From positions 682,001 to 746,000 of the forward strand of contig OY253684.1 of assembly GCA_958009085.1 (NCBI GenBank): a stretch of 64,000 bases of DNA. Reading direction: 5' to 3'. The stretch's first letter is position 1, and every line of letters begins with the position of its first letter. This DNA is from Protoeuglena noctilucae (taxonomy: Eukaryota). Under the pieces are notes generated by a model. That model did not search any database. It was not told the origin of the DNA and saw nothing but the letters and a program-made list of their open reading frames with translations. Position numbers and translations under genes: made by a program. Positions 58,247-64,000 of this stretch are shown piece by piece.

Positions 58247-61200
58247 TCAACGGCGCGATGCGAGTGCCCAGAGCAACTCCGCGAGCGCCTGTTCCCGGGG
58301 CGAGAGGCGCGCCGCGAGCCACTCGAGGTCTTCCCGAGACGACCGCTGGCCGACGGAGCGGATCGCAGAGGCCAGCACATCCACCGGCAGCCACCACGCG
58401 CCCCCGCGGCGGACGTGCGTGCGCGACGCGACCGCGATGCGCATGCGGACCTTCCCAGGCGCCGCGTCGACGGCCTCCGAGTCCTTTGCCCCACCGTAGA
58501 CCACCTCGACCGCATCGCGGAGCGCAGGGTGGTTCGAGACCCCGCCCAGGACCTCGTCCACGGCGTTGGCCGCCGCGATGACGTCCGCGACGCCGCGCGC
58601 GTCGAGAGCCCCCGCGGCCTCCGCGGCAGGCACCGCCACGCCCGCCAGCACGCGCGCCTTGCGGCGGAGGCGGTTCCATCGCTCCGCCGATCCCTGGCCC
58701 TCCCCAGCGCCGACCGCGGCCGCCCATCGCGCGGCGTCCCGCGCCTCCTCGCACACGTCGCGCGCCATCGTCCCCAGCGCACGCTGCACGGCGTCGGGCG
58801 GCACTGACACGGCCCACCCGCACGCCACCCGCAGCTGCTCCTCGGCAGCCCGCACCTGCTCCCCTGCGCGACACGACGGCCTCTCTGGCTGATGAGACAC
58901 AGTTTAATTACTTGCAGCGAGACTCGCTTGATGAACAAAACAGCATGACAAACGCACCTGACACAGGCCGCCTCCCGGCCGCCAGCATCGCCGGCTGCAC
59001 CGTCCAAGGCCGCACGAGGTTCCCAATGGCCTGCAACGCCCGCACGGAGCCCCGCTTGGCGCTAGCGACCGTCTCCGCCACTGTCGCGGCCAGCTGGCTT
59101 AGTTCCTGCCGCTCTGCCTCCGATGGGGTGGGCCAGGGAGCGTCAGCCTCACCAACCCCACCCCTGCGAGCGAGCGCATGGGTCGAGGCGCTCACGACCG
59201 TCACAGCTATCGTGCAGCAATCCCTGGACAATTTATTGCAGAAAGCATCATGACGAAACAATCCACTGCAGCTCTGCGCTCCCCGGATGGTGGATACCCA
59301 ACCCCCCGTCGCTGGCCCGCGTCAGCCCCACACACCTGGTCAAGAGCGGCGAGAGGAGCCCCCCGGCGCGCAGCACGCGCAGCTTGGGGATCGTGACGGC
59401 GATTTCGGCGCACCGCTTCAAAGCCTCGAGCCTCATCGCCCCCGCAGCGTCGTCTTCCGCGCCCCGCAGCGCCAGGGTGCGCCGCAGAGACCCCAGCACC
59501 TGCCCCACGGTCCAGGCTTCGCGGAAGTCAGGCAGGGCGTTGACAGGGTCCGTCCCGGCGCCGATGGACAGCGACGCGGCCGCAGCATCCAACGTCCCTG
59601 CGTGCGACGGCGGCACCGACCCCCATGGCCGCAGCGCAACGCAGGGAGCATCGCTGGCTTTGACATTCGTCGACATCGACGACAACACTCACCCCGGGCG
59701 TTGGCGTCGAGCGCCGGCAGTGGGGTGTTCTTGGCCACGCGATATCGCGTGACGTCTCTGTGGGGAATGGGAGAAAGTACTAACTCCAGGCCTGGGGCTC
59801 CATTACGGGGCAAACAACTGCAGTCATGCAATCCAGATAACAGTCGTGCAATTCTCGATCCCGCCTATGCACCCTCTACACATCGGTGACAACGTCGTTG
59901 CTTCACGCCCAGCACCGCACCCCAAGGCCCTCTGCCACTTGCACGCCCCTCACCGCCACACGTGGCCCACAGACGCCGTCCATCTGTCCACGACCCCGCT
60001 GGTGGCGCCAGGCCCATCATGCCCACCAGAGCCGCGCCTCTCGCTCTCCCTCTCCCGCACCCGCGCCACCTCCAAGGCATGCCGCCTCCCCATAAGCTCC
60101 ACGGCCCTGTCTGAGAACGTGCCCGGGGCCGTGCGCGTCAGCAGCCGCGCCGCGAGGAGCACGGCGCCCCAGTCCGGGGCCGTCGCCACCATGCGCTCGA
60201 CGTGAGATGCGTTGACGCTTCCCACGAACGCCGCCCCGGCCACTGCGGCCTTGTGGATCACCCCTGCGAGAGATGATGAGGCGGCAGGGCTGGGTTCCGA
60301 CTTTACGAGTCGGCCAGGGCCGGGCCTGCCTGCTTCACAGTGGGCTGCGTTATGATAGGTGCATCATTGGAAGATCTTGTTAGGCCCCTCACCAGGGCCA
60401 CGCTGAAGCAGGCACGCCACGGGGAGTGCCTGGGAGAGCGCCTGGGAATCGAGGGAACGGGCGGCGTGCGACTCGCGCAGGATCTCCAAAGCTGGAGCAA
60501 GGGACGACAGTGCACCGACGTTCGTGCCCGCACACTTGCTGAGGACTTGGTGGGCCTGCAAGAACAGGGCGATTAAATTGACTCGTTCTCTTGCCTTGCT
60601 TTCATCGATTACATCGACACGGTGGCGCGTCGTGCACATCACGCAGCGCGGGGCCAAGCCACAGTGCCTGCCGCCGGTCTGGTCCCAATCCCACCCCAAG
60701 CGCAGCCACTCCACGCCGCCCCTCACCCGCCAGAACGCGAGCAGCGCCTTCGGTACCGCCTCCCGGTCCGTCGCTTGCGCCTCGTCTCCGCCGCGCACGG
60801 CCCTGGCCCTTCCTTGCAGATGCATCGCCAGCATCGCGTCCGCCTCATGAAGCACGATGGAGAGGCCCCGCACGTCCGATACCCCCGCGCCGCCCTGCCG
60901 ACGCCCCTCTCGCACATGACTATCACCACCATCGTCGCGCTTACTCGCATCGCCCGCCTCAGAGCCATGAGATGCGTCCACGCCAGACCGGGCCAGGATG
61001 CGCGCGCGGTCGGCCACTGCGCCCATCGCCTCGGCGTCCCCCGCGCCCGGCGTGCCACGGAGCGCCCGCAGCGCCGCGAGCAGCTCGCCGGACGAGCCCG
61101 CAGACGCCACGGCACCCAGCAACGCGTCCCGGAGCCCACGCTCATCCCGCGTCCCCATTGACCCCTCCAACGCCCCCTGGCCACCCAGCGCCTTGAACAG

Positions 61201-64000
61201 GGCCTGGTCTGTATCGGGGTCCGCTCCCAATCGGTGCAGAAGCATCGCGACGGCCGCGGCGGCTTCTGCAGGCAGCGGCGTGACGATCATTGCTGCACTC
61301 TCGGCGCGTAGCACCTCCAGCAACGCACCGGCCTCTGCCTGCCCCGCGCGGAGGGCACCTGCGAAGCGAAACACGTAGGATATATGGTGCAGCGACTTCA
61401 CTACGTAAGACAGATGCCATTTGCTGGGCACTGCAACATCGCGTCGTAAAGCCACCAGACCAGCGCGCGCACGCTCCGCCTCACCCGCTCCCTCAGGGCC
61501 TGTTCCCGCCGCGGCCAGGAGCAGTGGCCGCAGAATGTCCGGCGACAGCATCCCGAGCCGCTTTGTCGACCACAGCATTGATGCGGCCGTCGTGGGCGAC
61601 ATGGATGGCGCCAACTCCGCGACCCTCGCCGTCAGCGCCGAGAGAGTCTCGGCGGGTGCAGCCACGCGCGCATCGCAGAGCGCACCCAGCGCCGCGTCCA
61701 GCGACCCCGGACCGAGCCGCGGTGCTGCCGCCTGCATCGCACGCGCTACCCCTGGCGCCAGCGCCCCATCACTCGCAGCCACCCACTGCGCCCAGGCGTC
61801 CCGCCCCTTGGAGTGCCGCCACAGCGCCTCCCGCAACTGCCTCCGCTCGTCCGGTTCCAGCCCCACCGACCCGTCCGCCCTCATAGATGGGAAGGCATCC
61901 ACGGGCCCTAGGTCATCCCCCTGCTGAGGCAATGGCCACCCACTCAGCCCCGGGTCCGCCGCAACGCCAGGCTCGGTCACCAGAGACTCCGCCACCGCTG
62001 CCGACGTGCTCGGTGCAGCAGGTGGCAGCGCGAGCAGGCCCAACTCGTCACGGACGCGTTGGCACCGGGCCAAGGCCGCCAGCAGCCCTGCGAGGTCCTC
62101 CGGGACCAGCGCCGCCACCTGCCGCGCCGAGAGCGTCACGGGCGCGGAGTACCACTCCGAGAGGTCGGCCAGCAGACCACGCAGGTCGCGACCCTCTGGG
62201 GCGGTCACCGCATCCGGCGCCGCATCCAAAGCAGTGATCCCTGCGCCACTCGGCCCCGCGCCTTGCACCGCTGCCGCGATGGCGCGACGGGTCGCGTCGC
62301 TGACGGCGGGGAAGCGGCTTGCCAGGAAGGTCCGCGACTCCCGTCCCGCCCCGTCGCTCTCTCCACCCGCCACTACCCTCCCCTCCACCTCCGCCCACCG
62401 CAGCACAGCCCGCAAGTCGTCCGTCGACTCTCCCAGAGCTGCGCCGGAGGGCTGTCGGCCTCCCAAGCTGCCTCGCGCGCCGTTTGCGAGGGCGAGTGTG
62501 GCTGCCACCACCGCCTCCGCCACCAGCGGGGCGGCTCGCTGGAAGGCCAGCTGCAGGAGCTCGGGCGGCGCCGGTGCGCCCCACAGCGCGGGATCGCGCC
62601 ACCAGCCCCGCTCGGCCGCGGCCCGGTAGGGGAGGGGCACGTCGAGGAGGTCACGAAGGGCGGTAGGGCCCCGCGCTGATCTCATCCGCCTCCCCCTCGC
62701 GGCCAGCACGGTGCCGCGTTTGTCGAACCACGGCGCGGCGCACGCGTTGACGACGGCCACGCCCTCCTGCGACACCCGGGCCAGCGCGGCCGCTGCGTCC
62801 GTGTCCGCCCTTGCGGCGGCAAAGACGGAGCGATAGGCGCTGAAGACGTCGGCGCGCTGGTCGCGGGTCAGGGAGCCGAGTCGGCCGATGAGGGACTCGA
62901 CCGCGGCCACGAGCGTCGAGGCGTCGAGGGCTCCGGAGGCATGGAGCGTGCGGACGAGCCCGGTGATCACCCTGCAAGGAGGCACAACATGCGAGGGAGT
63001 CCCATCGTTGCGCGATTCATAAGCATGATGACTACCAAGGACCTGCTAGCTGTAAACGTACAGCAATAAGCGACGCGACTCACCGGGGGGGCGCGTCCGG
63101 CACGACCCAATCACTGGCAGATGCTTGCAAGTCCCGAAGCTCGTCCCTCGTAAAGGGGTGCCCCGAGGCAGGAGCGGAGGCGAGGAGCGAGACGAGGCTG
63201 TCGGGCCGCAACGTGTCGAGATCCCGCAGCGCCGTGCGAACCAGAGCGTCGACGGCGGACCGTGGCGCGGGGCTGCCAGACGCCGCTGCCGCCGCCCCCA
63301 CCCGCACCAGCCGCGCCGCCATGTCACCGTCCATGCACCCGTCCATGGCCAGACCCTCCGCGGCGTCCCACAGCCGCGCCACCCAGTCCGCGCCCCAGTC
63401 CACCGCCGCACCACCTGCCCCGTGCCCCTCGCCTGCCTCGTCACTCCCGCGCCTGTCCGCCGGGCTCCCCTCGCCCTGCGACCCCCTCTGGAGGTCCTCC
63501 AGGGCCACCATCGCCCCGCGCACCGCGACGGCCACCTCGCTGCCGTTTGGCTCCACCATGGACTGCAGCACTGCCTCCATCGCCTCCCGCACCTGCGCCC
63601 CGGACCGTGCCGTCGCCAGCGCCCGCAGCCCCTCCTCGCGACCCGGCGAGGCCGCTCCCGCGACGCCCTCGCTCCGCTGGTCGGCCCCTCTCTCCGCCAT
63701 CAGCCGGCACCGGGACAGCAGCCGCGCCGCCAAGGGCGAGAGCTCTGGGGTAGACCCAGACGCCTCCCCAGCTGCCGCCCACCGCCGCCAGAGCCCCGCA
63801 GCGACGGGGTTCGGGAGCTGATGGCCCACGAAGCGCAGAGACTCGAGGGCCGCGGCGATGGACGTCGGGCGGGGCGCAGGGCACGCGACGAGCGCGGCTG
63901 TTAGGGGTGCCACCGCACGACTCGACCGGCGCCTAGTGCCCGCCCCAGCGCCGCCCTCGCCCTCCTGTCGCCCGGCTGCGGTGTTGTCGTCCATGTAAGC
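58247..64000 (-). CDS. Large Ala/Leu-rich helical-repeat protein, possibly OPR/FASTK-like organellar RNA-binding; 5' end probably outside window
   Basis: Chain of long minus-strand ORFs separated by GT-AG introns; OPR-like segments ELAPSMSPTTAASMLWSTKRLGML and LDTLRPDSLVSLLAS. Confidence 0.55.

Noticed and set aside
1..64000. Prokaryotic operons, defence islands, transposases, tRNA/rRNA/snRNA genes, viral insertions
   Set aside because: All recognisable genes are intron-containing eukaryotic genes; no such signature was seen by eye, although small ncRNAs could be missed without a covariance-model search.

Overview
Eukaryotic, GC-rich, gene-dense DNA with many short spliceosomal introns. It is almost certainly nuclear DNA of a green alga (chlorophyte-like): it carries NXD1, VCCN/bestrophin-like and NTMC2T5 homologues, plastid-type transit peptides and TGTAA poly(A) signals. 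Splicing exons by hand gives about 23 protein-coding genes: NEK kinase, a small conserved protein, PEX12, a J-domain-less DnaJ-like protein, PP4R2, a mitochondrial carrier, an Smr-domain protein, RPC25, a ~1,808-aa secreted leishmanolysin-like mosaic protein, TEL2, RBM39, an HMG-box protein, NXD1, an NLR-like STAND NTPase, a G6P 1-epimerase, a P2B Ca2+-ATPase, eL41, a uL18-like protein, a bestrophin, an unknown possibly ciliary protein, NTMC2T5, PLAC8 and a large helical-repeat protein. Highlights: (1) a putatively acylated MLKL/HeLo-like 4-helix bundle + NACHT + WD40 receptor resembling fungal/animal immune cell-death NLRs; (2) a secreted M8 pseudo-metallopeptidase lacking two of three Zn ligands, fused to scarf/discoidin-like, EGF, Apextrin-C-like, Cys-rich repeat and EF-hand modules; (3) a candidate bicistronic locus upstream of PEX12; (4) recurrent GC-AG introns sharing the donor AG|GCGAGT. 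All family calls come from motif recognition by eye, with no database search. CDS coordinates span introns, and several start codons are uncertain.
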